Source: an uncultured Candidatus Rokubacteria bacterium (GTDB lineage Bacteria; Methylomirabilota; Methylomirabilia; Rokubacteriales; DASRDR01). Taken from it: DNA of 64,000 nucleotides. A program made the position numbers and the translations under genes. The first letter of the stretch is position 1; each line of letters starts with the position of its first letter. Below are positions 40,674 through 49,385 of this stretch, one piece after another. The notes beneath the pieces are model-generated. The model had not been told where the DNA came from. It was given only the letters and a program-made list of their open reading frames with translations, and did no database searches. The stretch is taken from assembly GCA_963826115.1 (NCBI GenBank), contig CAWGVS010000003.1, forward strand, positions 145,211 through 209,210, in the 5' to 3' direction.

Positions 40674-41984
40674 GTGCGGTCTCCCGTTCGTGTCCTGATT
40701 CTGGGAGCCGCGGGTCGAGACTTCCATAACTTCAACGTTGTCTACCGGGACGACCCGGCGACGGAGGTCGTGGCGTTCACGGCGGCCCAGATCCCGGGCA
40801 TCTCGGGTCGCCGATACCCGCCGAAGTTGGCCGGGCCGCGCTATCCGGCCGGTATTCCGATCGAGCCGGAAGAGGCCCTCGACAGGCTGGTCCGCGAGCA
40901 TACCGTCGACCTCGTGGTGCTTGCTTACAGCGATCTCAGCCACGAGCAGGTCATGCACCTCGCGAGCCGCGCGCTGGCGGCCGGTGCCGACTTCGCCCTC
41001 CTGGGGCCGCGGAGGACCATGCTCCGCTCCGCGCGGCCGGTCGTCGCCGTCACGGCCGTCCGGACCGGTTGCGGGAAGGGAGCCGTGAGTCGACGGGTCG
41101 TGGACATCCTCCGGGGGCGGGGGCGGCGGGTCGCGGTCGTGCGGCACCCGATGCCTTACGGCGATCTCGGAGCCCAGCGGGTCCAGCGCTTCGCCACGCT
41201 CGCCGATCTCGACCGAGCCGAGGTGACGCTGGAGGAGCGTGAAGAGTACGAGCCGCACCTGGAGAAGGGGGTGGTGGTGTGGGCCGGCGTCGACTACGCG
41301 GCGATCCTGGCGCGCGTGGAGGCCGAGACGGACGTCATCGTCTGGGACGGCGGGAACAACGATCTGCCCTTCTTCACCCCCACGATCCACATGTGTCTGG
41401 TCGATCCGCACCGCTCCGGGCATGAGTCGCGTTTCCATCCCGGGGAGACGAATCTCCGGCTTGCGGATGTCGTGATCGTCGTCAAGGAAGACACGGCGGA
41501 CCCCGTCCAGATCGAGGCGGTCAGAGTGGCGGCTCGGTCCCTCAATCCGCGCGCCCGGCTCGTCGACACACGGTTCCCCCTCCGGGTCGAGGCACCCGAG
41601 CGCCTCCAGGGCCGCCGGGTGCTCGCCGTCGACGACGGCCCCACCCTGACGCACGGCGGCCTGCCGGCGGGGGCGGCCGAGCTGGCGGCCCGACGATTCG
41701 GCGCGATCCTGGTCGATCCCCGCCCGTACGCTCGGGGCAGCATCCAGCGAGTGTTCGACGACTACCCGATGCTCGGAGCCGTTCTCCCCGCCGTCGGCTA
41801 CGGTGCCCAGCAAATGGCGGAGCTTCGCGCCACGATCGACGCGGTGCCATGCGATTTCGTCCTCCTGGGGACGCCGATCGATCTCGGCCGCGCGCTGGCG
41901 CTGCGCCATCCTGTGATCCGGGTGCGCTACGAGGTCGAGGAGGTCGGACGCCCGACCCTTGACGAGGTCCTCGGAGACCTCTAG
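40674..41984 (+). CDS. P-loop protein of the ArcE arginine synthetase / cyclic 2,3-diphosphoglycerate synthase-like family
   Basis: ILGAAGRDFHNFN, AFTAAQIP, AVRTGCGK, RHPMPYG, EEREEYEPH, WDGGNND, DGPTLTHGG. Confidence 0.82.
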   Translation: MRSPVRVLILGAAGRDFHNFNVVYRDDPATEVVAFTAAQIPGISGRRYPPKLAGPRYPAGIPIEPEEALDRLVREHTVDLVVLAYSDLSHEQVMHLASRALAAGADFALLGPRRTMLRSARPVVAVTAVRTGCGKGAVSRRVVDILRGRGRRVAVVRHPMPYGDLGAQRVQRFATLADLDRAEVTLEEREEYEPHLEKGVVVWAGVDYAAILARVEAETDVIVWDGGNNDLPFFTPTIHMCLVDPHRSGHESRFHPGETNLRLADVVIVVKEDTADPVQIEAVRVAARSLNPRARLVDTRFPLRVEAPERLQGRRVLAVDDGPTLTHGGLPAGAAELAARRFGAILVDPRPYARGSIQRVFDDYPMLGAVLPAVGYGAQQMAELRATIDAVPCDFVLLGTPIDLGRALALRHPVIRVRYEVEEVGRPTLDEVLGDL

Positions 41985-42012
41985 TAGTCGCCGGGTGCCC
42001 GCGGGCCTCCGA

Positions 42013-43395
42013 TCAGGCCTTGATGCCGTGCTTGGTCAGCAAGCGATGAAGCGTCTTCCGGTCGATGCCGGCCGACTTCGCGGCCTGCGAGATGTTGCCC
42101 CCGTGTCGTCGGAGCAGGTCGGTCAGGTACCCCTGCGCGAAGGTATGCAGCCAGGCCTCGCGAGCCTGGGCGAGAGGCAGGTTCGTGCCCGGAATCGCCG
42201 GGCCCGGGCGACCTCTCCCGCGAATGTGGTCCGGGAGATCCCGGACCCGGATCATCGGCCCGTCCGTGAGCGCGCAGGCGCGCTCGATCACATTCTGGAG
42301 CTCGCGGACATTGCCCGGCCAGGCGTGGGCCTCGAGGCGCGCGAGCGCCTCCGTCTCGATTCCCTCGAGCGGCCGCTCGCGGTTCCGCCCGTAGCGGCGC
42401 AGGAAATGGTGCGCCAGAAGGCCCACGTCACCTGCCCGCTCGCGCAGAGGTGGCAACATGATCGTGATCACATTGACCCGGTAGAAGAGATCGTCGCGAA
42501 ACTCGCCCTTCCGGACGAGCTCCGCAGTGTCGCGGTTGGTCGCGGACACGAGCCGAATGTCCACATTCACGAACTTGATCCCGCCGACGCGGCGGATCTG
42601 CCGCTCCTGGAGCGCCCGGAGAAGCTTCGACTGGAGCGCCTTGGGCAGCTCGCCGATCTCGTCGAGAAAGAGCGTGCCCCGATCGGCGACCTCGATCATC
42701 CCCGGCTTGCTGCGGTCCGCACCGGTGAACGCGCCACGCTCGTGACCGAACAGCTCGGATTCGAGCAGGGCATCGGGCAGCGCGGCGCAGTCCACGGGAA
42801 CGAACACCTCGGCGGCCCGCGCGCTCTGGGCATGGATCGCCCGGGCAATCAGCTCTTTCCCGGTCCCCGACTCGCCCTGGATCAGGATGTTGGCCTCGGA
42901 TCGGGCCGCCTTCTGGACGAGCTCGAACACCGCCGTCATGACCGGGCTCTTGCCAATGACATTGTCGAACCCCGCGCGTGGCGCGAGCGGCTGGCGAAGC
43001 CGGCGATTCTCTTCGATCAGACGGCGCCGCTCGGCTGCGCGCTCGACGGCGATGCGGAGCACGTCATTGGACGGTAGTGGCTTCAACAGATAGTCGAACG
43101 CCCCTGCCCGCATGGCGTCGACGGCAGACTCCACCGTCCCGTGCCCCGTAATCATGATCACCACGACGTCGGGATCGAGCTCGAGGGCGCGAGCGAGCAC
43201 CTGCATCCCGTCGACCCGCGGCATCTTGAGATCGGTGAGAACGACGTCCGGGCACTCGCTCTCGAGGAGCGCCATCGCCCGCTCCCCGTCGGTCGCCGTG
43301 ATGCAAGGATAGTCCTCACGGCCGAGGAGCCTTGCCCAGTTGGCGACGACGTCCGGCTCGTCGTCCACGATCAGTACTCGTGGCTTCGTGCTCAT
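42013..43395 (-). CDS. Sigma-54-dependent response regulator (NtrC/AtoC-type enhancer-binding protein)
   Basis: Receiver; GESGTGKE; ESELFGHERGAFTGA; LFLDEIGE; WPGNVRELQN; Fis-type HTH. Confidence 0.97.
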   Translation of the reverse strand: MSTKPRVLIVDDEPDVVANWARLLGREDYPCITATDGERAMALLESECPDVVLTDLKMPRVDGMQVLARALELDPDVVVIMITGHGTVESAVDAMRAGAFDYLLKPLPSNDVLRIAVERAAERRRLIEENRRLRQPLAPRAGFDNVIGKSPVMTAVFELVQKAARSEANILIQGESGTGKELIARAIHAQSARAAEVFVPVDCAALPDALLESELFGHERGAFTGADRSKPGMIEVADRGTLFLDEIGELPKALQSKLLRALQERQIRRVGGIKFVNVDIRLVSATNRDTAELVRKGEFRDDLFYRVNVITIMLPPLRERAGDVGLLAHHFLRRYGRNRERPLEGIETEALARLEAHAWPGNVRELQNVIERACALTDGPMIRVRDLPDHIRGRGRPGPAIPGTNLPLAQAREAWLHTFAQGYLTDLLRRHGGNISQAAKSAGIDRKTLHRLLTKHGIKA

Positions 43396-43464
43396 GGCGC
43401 GCCCACGAGGGATCAGGGTAGCACGGCACGGCCAAAACTGGCCGCGCCGCACGTCGGCGGGCCG

Positions 43465-43707
43465 TCAGGCGGGAAGGTTCTCCGGGACCGCGAGCGTCGT
43501 GTAGTCCACGAACCCGTAGTCGACGGGTCGCTTGAGCTTCCAGACGTCCCGATCGGTGAGGAAGACCCAGGAGATGCGCGTCATGACCAGCGCGACGCCC
43601 GACGGCCGGAGAGCCGGATACGCGTCAGGGGACCGAAGGTCCGCGAGCATCGAGCGCGCCGGCTCATCGCTCGCCATGGTGTCGTCCAGCTTGCCAGACC
43701 CCCTCAT
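43465..43707 (-). pseudogene. N-terminal fragment of an Rv2004c-like (APH-kinase/AAA) protein
   Basis: PDAYP...TRISWVFLT...KLKRPVDYGFVDYTTL resembles the family N-terminus, then stops. Confidence 0.7.
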
Positions 43708-44087
43708 CCACCTCCATCCGTCACCAGCGGGGGTAAAACTCGTTTGATGGCATCGAGGAACGCCCCGTTCGAGAACGGCTTCGCCAGGTAGACCTCAGCG
43801 CCGCTCTCCGTCGCCGCCTGCCTCGTTTGGGGGGAGTCGTACCCAGTGATCAGGATCACCGGGATCGGCGGCACCTGGCGGCGGGCGTGACGGGTCACGG
43901 CCAGACCGTCCGCCCCGGGGAGCCGGAGATCCGCCACGACCAGATCCGGCCGTTCCCGGTCGATCATCGCCATCGCGTCGGGCCCCGTGTGGGCCCGAAG
44001 GGAGGCGTGACCGATCCTCTGGAGAAGGCGTTCACAGTTCGCGACAAGATCCGGCTCGTCATCGACAACCAAGATGGTTCGAGGCAT
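43704..44087 (-). CDS. Single-domain response regulator, paralog of 36333-36740
   Basis: TILVVDDEPDLVANC, VADLRLPG, YLAKPF; alternative start 44099. Confidence 0.9.
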   Translation of the reverse strand: MPRTILVVDDEPDLVANCERLLQRIGHASLRAHTGPDAMAMIDRERPDLVVADLRLPGADGLAVTRHARRQVPPIPVILITGYDSPQTRQAATESGAEVYLAKPFSNGAFLDAIKRVLPPLVTDGGG

Positions 44088-44107
44088 CGTCACCGCCATG
44101 CGATGAA

Positions 44108-44123
44108 AGCAATCAGGATGCCA
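44108..44123 (-). promoter_or_regulatory. Sigma-54 promoter motif
   Basis: TGGCAT-CCTGA-TTGCT. Confidence 0.78.
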
Positions 44124-44184
44124 CTCCCGGCAGGGTGGACTGACACCCCAGCGGCCCTTGCCAGCCGCGCGCGCGGGCGCCCTC

Positions 44185-44221
44185 TGGGGCGCCGCCGTCC
44201 CTATGGGTGCCCATCGCCCCA
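44185..44221. promoter_or_regulatory. Putative tandem enhancer between divergent sigma-54 promoters
   Basis: TGGGGC-N6-GTCCCT and TGGGTG-N6-GCCCCA, 19 bp apart. Confidence 0.55.
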
Positions 44222-44273
44222 CCAGTACCCTGACAGAGCGCTACCAAGCCTCTGAGTCCAGCCGAATCCGCGC

Positions 44274-44289
44274 TGGCACCGCCGTTGCT
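44274..44289 (+). promoter_or_regulatory. Sigma-54 promoter motif
   Basis: TGGCAC-CGCCG-TTGCT. Confidence 0.8.
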
Positions 44290-44463
44290 CCCGGAGCAGT
44301 CTGACGATCAGCAGGGGCCCGGCCGGGCGAGGTACCATGCTGGTGACCGGTGGCGAGATCATGGCCCGCGCGGTCATCCGGGGCCGGTTCGAGATCGGGC
44401 TCGGCAACCAGCCTCACGCGCCTGCCGAAGCCGTGGATTCTCCACCCAGGGAACCCGGAGGAG

Positions 44464-44810
44464 ATGATGACGCGCGCCGAAATCTCCCGCATTGCTCTGA
44501 TCTGCCTGTTGGCCGCGGGTCTCTGGACTCATCGGTGACCCGGCTCGACGCGCAGAGCCGAGCGGCGCTCGTCACGCAGGGACGGCAGCTCTACACGGAC
44601 AAGGGCTGCTACGGCTGTCACACGGTGGGGGCCACCGGGACGCCCATCGCCCCGGACCTCCGCCGCGCGGCCACCCGCTATCCGGAGGCCAGTCTGGCGC
44701 GGTGGCTGCGTGACCCATCCGCTCAGGAACCAACGCGCCACATGCCGAATCTCGACCTGAGCGAAGCCGAGGCGAGCGCCCTCGCCGCTTACCTGGCCAC
44801 GCTCCCGTGA
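44464..44810 (+). pseudogene. Monoheme cytochrome c with a frameshift in the signal peptide (near 44528)
   Basis: GGAGGAG RBS + MMTRAEISRIALICLLAAGLW in one frame; CYGCH...HMP domain in another. Confidence 0.85.
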
Positions 44811-45142
44811 GAGCGACGCCCGCGAGGGCGCGTCGACATGTCCACGACAGGCCATGCGGACAGGTTCCGCGTGTGGCCTGACGGCAGCCCACAAGCTGAT
44901 GGTGATCGAGGAGGGAACGATGCCACGTCCACGAAGCCCGCTTCAGCCGCCCCGGTCGAAGAAGGCCGGTCAACCGCCTCAGGAGCTCGCGGTCAGCCCA
45001 CGGGTTCGCCGACGACAGAAGACTGCCACGACTGCGGTCCGCAAGGACACGACGATCTCTCAGCCCGCGCAGGATCCTCGCGCGCGCTGGCCGGCGTCGA
45101 AGCCGAAGTTCTCGAAGCGGTGACGGTCTCCCCCGTCCGGCC

Positions 45143-46355
45143 GTGATCGTCCTGGCCCTGAACTGCGGGAGCTCGTCGCTCAAGTTCCAGGTCTTCGCCC
45201 ATGACCCCGCGGCGTCGTCGGGAGATGCCCGGCGCCTCGCCCGCGGCGGCGTCGACCGCATCGGGGACGAGGCGACCCTCGCCTTCCAGGCGGAAGGAAG
45301 CCCGGCGACTCGGACGCGCGAGCCCATCCGGGATCATGAGGTCGCAGTCCGCCAGGTGCTCGGCTGGCTGGCCGCGGGCGGGGCGTCACCGCACGGAGAC
45401 GCGATCCGGATCGACGCGGTCGGACACCGTGTAGTCCACGGAGGCGACCGCTTCAGGGAGTCCGTCCTGATCGACGCAGGACGTGCTGGACGCGATCCGG
45501 GCGCTCGAGACGCTGGCGCCGCTCCACAACGCCCCGAGCCTCGTGGGCATCGAGGCCGCCCGAGCCGCGCTCGGCCCCGACGTCCCCATGGTCGCCGCCT
45601 TCGACACGACCTTTCACGCCTCGATGCCCGAGCACGCGTATCGCTATGCCATCCCCCACGAGCTGGCCCTGACGCATCGCGTCCGACGCTACGGCTTCCA
45701 CGGACTCGCCTACCGCTCGGTCCTTGCCCGCTACGCTCAGGTGGTCGGAGGGCCGCGCGACCGCGTCACCATTGTCGCGTTTCACCTCGGGAACGGCTGC
45801 TCGGCGGCCGCGATCAAGGATGGGCGCTCGATCGATACCTCCATGGGCCTCACACCCCTGGAAGGTCTCGTGATGGGGACCCGGTCGGGCGACGTCGATC
45901 CCGCGCTGATCGGCTATCTCGCGCGCGTGGAGGGCGTGCCCGCCCAGGAGGTCGAGCGGTGGCTCAACGAGCGCGCCGGGCTACTCGGCCTGTCGGGCCG
46001 GAGCCGCGACATGCGGGACCTGCTTGCGCACGAGGGGGACGACCCGCGGGCCCGGTTGGCGGTGGACGTCTTCTGCTACCGGGCCCGCAAGTACCTGGGC
46101 GCCTACCTGGCGACGCTGGGCGGGGCCGACGCGGTCGTGTTCAGCGGCGGCATCGGCGAGCACGCCCCCGCGGTGCGCGCCCGCATCTGCGCCGGGATGG
46201 AATGGTGCGGCCTGGTCCTGGATCCCGGGCGCAACGCCGCCGCGGTCGGGCGCGAGGCTCGCCTGACCCCCGACGGGGCCGCCCTCCCCGCCTACGTGAT
46301 CCAGGCCGACGAGGAGCGGATGATCGCCCAGGATGTCGTGGAGCGGGTCGCATGA
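45143..46355 (+). pseudogene. ackA: Acetate kinase with one frameshift near 45479
   Basis: LALNCGSSSLKF, GHRVVHGG; then LAPLHN, FDTTFH, RYGFHG, HLGNGCS, GTRSGD, FSGGIGE. Confidence 0.93.
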
Positions 46356-46528
46356 AGCGGCGGATCCCGCTGCCGATGGCCGCCGTCGGCGGCTTCGCGG
46401 CCCTCGGGCTGGCCCTGGGGCACCGGCGGGCGGGCCGGTGCACGGACGCCTCACCGCCAGCCGTGAATTCGAAGGGCGCCGCGCCCCCTGAGTCCCACGA
46501 AATCGACCCATCCTCACCTAGTCCGTAC

Positions 46529-46544
46529 GGGCATTCCGGTTGCA
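46529..46544 (+). promoter_or_regulatory. Sigma-54 promoter motif
   Basis: GGGCAT-TCCGG-TTGCA; enhancer-like TGGGGC (46416) and CGGTGC-N6-GCCTCA (46436) upstream. Confidence 0.65.
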
Positions 46545-46596
46545 CGGGCGAATGAGGGCGGGGTAGGCCATCAAGCTCCGCGGAAAGGACACGCCC

Positions 46597-47070
46597 ATGT
46601 ACAGGCGCATGCTGGTTCCCCTCGATGGCTCCGAGGTGGCCGAAGCCATCCTGCCCTTCGCCGAGCAGGTCGCCGGCCCACTCGATGCAGAGGTCGTCCT
46701 CCTCCGCGTCATCGAGCCGCTCTCTCCGGTCGAGCTCGTGGCTACCGCCGGGGTCGTTGCCCCGGATACCTTCACGCTCCGAGACATCGAGGCGGAGAAG
46801 TACCTCTCCGAGATCCAGCGCCGGCTATCCAAGAAGGGCCTCCGTGTTCGCACCCGTGTCGCACTCGGCGGCACTCCGGCGGAGGAGATACTCGCGGCCG
46901 TCCAGGCCACCAACGCCGACCTCATCGCCATGACCACACACGGCCGGTCCGGTCTGGGCCGAGCGCTGTTCGGATCCGTGGCCGAATCCGTGCTCCGCGC
47001 CTCGGCGGTGCCGGTGCTGGTGGTGCGAATGCCCGCCACGCACAAGCCCGCACCCGAGAAGACGGAGTAG
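46597..47070 (+). CDS. Universal stress protein
   Basis: MLVPLDGSEVAE...DLIAMTTHGRSGLGRALFGSVAE...VPVLVV. Confidence 0.93.
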   Translation: MYRRMLVPLDGSEVAEAILPFAEQVAGPLDAEVVLLRVIEPLSPVELVATAGVVAPDTFTLRDIEAEKYLSEIQRRLSKKGLRVRTRVALGGTPAEEILAAVQATNADLIAMTTHGRSGLGRALFGSVAESVLRASAVPVLVVRMPATHKPAPEKTE

Positions 47071-47136
47071 CATTTCGATCGGTGGGTGCGCTTTGCACCA
47101 CTTCAGTCACGAGGGACTGATGCCTGAAGGCCAGGG

Positions 47137-47240
47137 ATGAGAGTCAGCGAGCTGATGAGCCGGGGCGTGGTCACGATCGATGCTTCCGCGACGTGTCTCG
47201 AGGCCGTGAATCGAATGTGCCGTCGGAAAGTCCGCCACGG
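47137..47240 (+). pseudogene. Truncated CBS-domain gene marking the island's right edge
   Basis: MRVSELMSRGVVTIDASATCLEAVNRMCRRKVRH, then similarity is lost. Confidence 0.7.
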
Positions 47241-47749
47241 CGCTCTTCATTCTTTCCGGCCTGGCGCGTGCTGTGGCACCCGGCTTCTTCTTCCTGACGG
47301 TGGTCTCCTCCCCGTGGGGATTTCCGACGGGAAGACGAATTCTGCCATCGGGTTGGGGGCCGCCGTCGCTTTCAACGCTCACCGGGACACCCCCGTGGAC
47401 CCGTCGACGTAAGATCGTGGCCGAAATGTGGCGGAGCCTGACCGCGGTGAGAATCGCGTTGATTTGGACACGAAGTCCGGTGCCCGCAGTTTCGGGTGGC
47501 ACGGGGCGCGTTTCGGCCTCTGCAGTGCTCTCGCGCATCGCGCAGGCCGTCATGGTCCCGAGCGGCGGCGCGATGCGGTCCCACCTGCAGAGGCCGCCGA
47601 ACGTCGCGATCCGGCGCGGCGTCATCGCGTTCCGGGCCGCGGCGACCGCCGGCTCGCCGAGGTCCGTCCACACGGCCTCGGAGAGCCGTGCGCTCGCGCG
47701 TCGCAGGATGTGCGACTTCCTCTCGCCAAGCCCACGCTCACGGACGGCC

Positions 47750-47885
47750 CGGCGGCGCTCCGCGAATTCCCGGATCGGCGCCGTGCCCTGGCGAGCCAGT
47801 ACCCAACGCGATCCTGATGGTGGGATACGCGATGGTCGGCCTCTGGCTCCTCGCCAAGCCGATCGTCGAGACGGGGGCCGGATAG
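47750..47885 (+). pseudogene. C-terminal remnant of a membrane protein gene
   Basis: ALREFPDRRRALASQYP / ILMVGYAMVGLWLLAKPIVE split over two frames; no intact N-terminus. Confidence 0.45.
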
Positions 47886-47887
47886 CG

Positions 47888-48982
47888 GTGCCGACGGAGC
47901 CTGCGGGGGCCGACGGGTCCGGCCACGCCGCTGCCCGCGCCCTCGCGTGTCCGTCCCGAGCTGTGCTCGGGGCGGGCCTGGCAGCCCTCGCCCTCGTCCC
48001 GATGCCCGCCCTCCTGCCTCCCTACCCCTTGATCGAGCTGTGCTACGCCTTGGTCCTGGGAATCGCCTGCCTGGGACTCAACCTCGTGTACGGGACGACC
48101 GGGCTCCTCTCGCTCGGCCACGCCGCGTACTTCGGGCTCGGCGCGTACGCGGGCGCGTTCGTCTTCAACGTCGCCGACCTCGCCTCGCTCGAGACATACC
48201 TGCTCCTCGGGGTGATCACCGCCACCGCGGCCGCGGCGGTGGCCGGCAGCTGGTGCGTCCGGGCGACCCGGATCCACTTCACCATCCTGACGCTCGCCTT
48301 CGCGCAGCTCGTCCAGGCGCTCTTCGTCACCGGCGCCGTCTACCGGCCGCTCGGCGACTACGGCAAGGGGCTCTTCTACGTCGGCTACGGGGGCCTCTAC
48401 ATCCCGCGATTCACCATCCTCGGGTCGGACCCCGCGGCCGAGCGGTTCATCCCCGCCTTCTACTACGTCATCCTGGTGGCCTTCTTCGTCGCGCTCGGCG
48501 TCCTGTGGCGGGTCGGCCGATCCCCGTTCGGGATGGCGCTCCGCGCGATCCGGGACAACGACGTCCGGGCGGCGTTCGTCGGCATCCCGGTGCGGGCCTA
48601 CCGCTGGCGGGCCTTCGTCCTCTCGGGGGCGATCACGGGCTTGGCGGGGGGCCTCTACGGACAGCTCGACCGCCAGATCACGCCCGAGCAGCTCGGCTGG
48701 CTCTTTTCCGCCAAGCTCGTCGTCGCCACGATCATCGGGGGGACGCAATGGTTCCTCGGGCCGGTCGTGGGCGCCGCCGTGTTCGTGCTCTTCCAACACG
48801 TCGCAAACCGGTTCGCCCTGTCCCATGGGCTGGTCCTCGGCGGGCTGCTGCTCGCGGTGGTCTTTGCCTGTCCCGGCGGGATCGCCGAGGCGACGGCGCG
48901 AGGGCTCGGGTGGGCCGCGCGGCCCGGCCGGTCCTGGACGCGGCGGGGCGGGCCACGAGGCACCGAGGCTCGGCGACGATGA
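47888..48982 (+). CDS. Branched-chain amino acid ABC permease (LivM-like), orphan
   Basis: GLNLVYGTTGLLSLGHAAYFGLGAY, SPFGMALRAIRDN, IIGGTQWFLGP. Confidence 0.9.
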   Translation: MPTEPAGADGSGHAAARALACPSRAVLGAGLAALALVPMPALLPPYPLIELCYALVLGIACLGLNLVYGTTGLLSLGHAAYFGLGAYAGAFVFNVADLASLETYLLLGVITATAAAAVAGSWCVRATRIHFTILTLAFAQLVQALFVTGAVYRPLGDYGKGLFYVGYGGLYIPRFTILGSDPAAERFIPAFYYVILVAFFVALGVLWRVGRSPFGMALRAIRDNDVRAAFVGIPVRAYRWRAFVLSGAITGLAGGLYGQLDRQITPEQLGWLFSAKLVVATIIGGTQWFLGPVVGAAVFVLFQHVANRFALSHGLVLGGLLLAVVFACPGGIAEATARGLGWAARPGRSWTRRGGPRGTEARRR

Positions 48983-49385
48983 TCGCCCCGGGGGGCTCGT
49001 CGCGCTCGCGATCGGCCTCCCGGCCCGCGACGCGGCGGCGCACGGTGGCCAGGTCGAGCTCGCCAAGGCTGCGGCCGGCCCCTGCCTCGTGTCCGTCCGG
49101 ACCCTGCGCCGCGCTGACGCCCCGGCCCGAGATCGACGTGGTCCTCTCATCCTCGACAACGTGCAGTCCGACGCGACGACCCCAACGTTCCCTCGGGCAT
49201 TCCTGCTGCGCAGTCAGCAGTTAGAGGAGGACATTTCCATAGCGCAGCGAGAGAGCGCCGGAAGCGACTTGACGGCGCAGGCGTCCGGGCAGATTCTCGG
49301 CTCGTCGAGCGCGCCAATCGACCGCAGGAGGAGAGAACAGATGAGCTTCCAGCCCGAACGATTCCGTCCGGACGGTCGAGAGATC

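Noticed and set aside
44882-45123. Weak GG-N10-GC motif (CGGCAG-CCCAC-AAGCT) and a 67-aa basic ORF before ackA
   Set aside because: Poor -12 element and a low-complexity ORF; could be chance.
47402-47429. Possible further dif-like half sites (reverse TTACGTCGACG here; GCGGATAA-GGTTGT-CCATCGACT near 51915)
   Set aside because: Only one arm matches in each case; too degenerate without a PWM scan.
48979-49140. Signal-peptide-like fragment (…ARDAAAHGGQV…) after livM
   Set aside because: It needs a frameshift at a G run and loses coherence quickly; at most a remnant.
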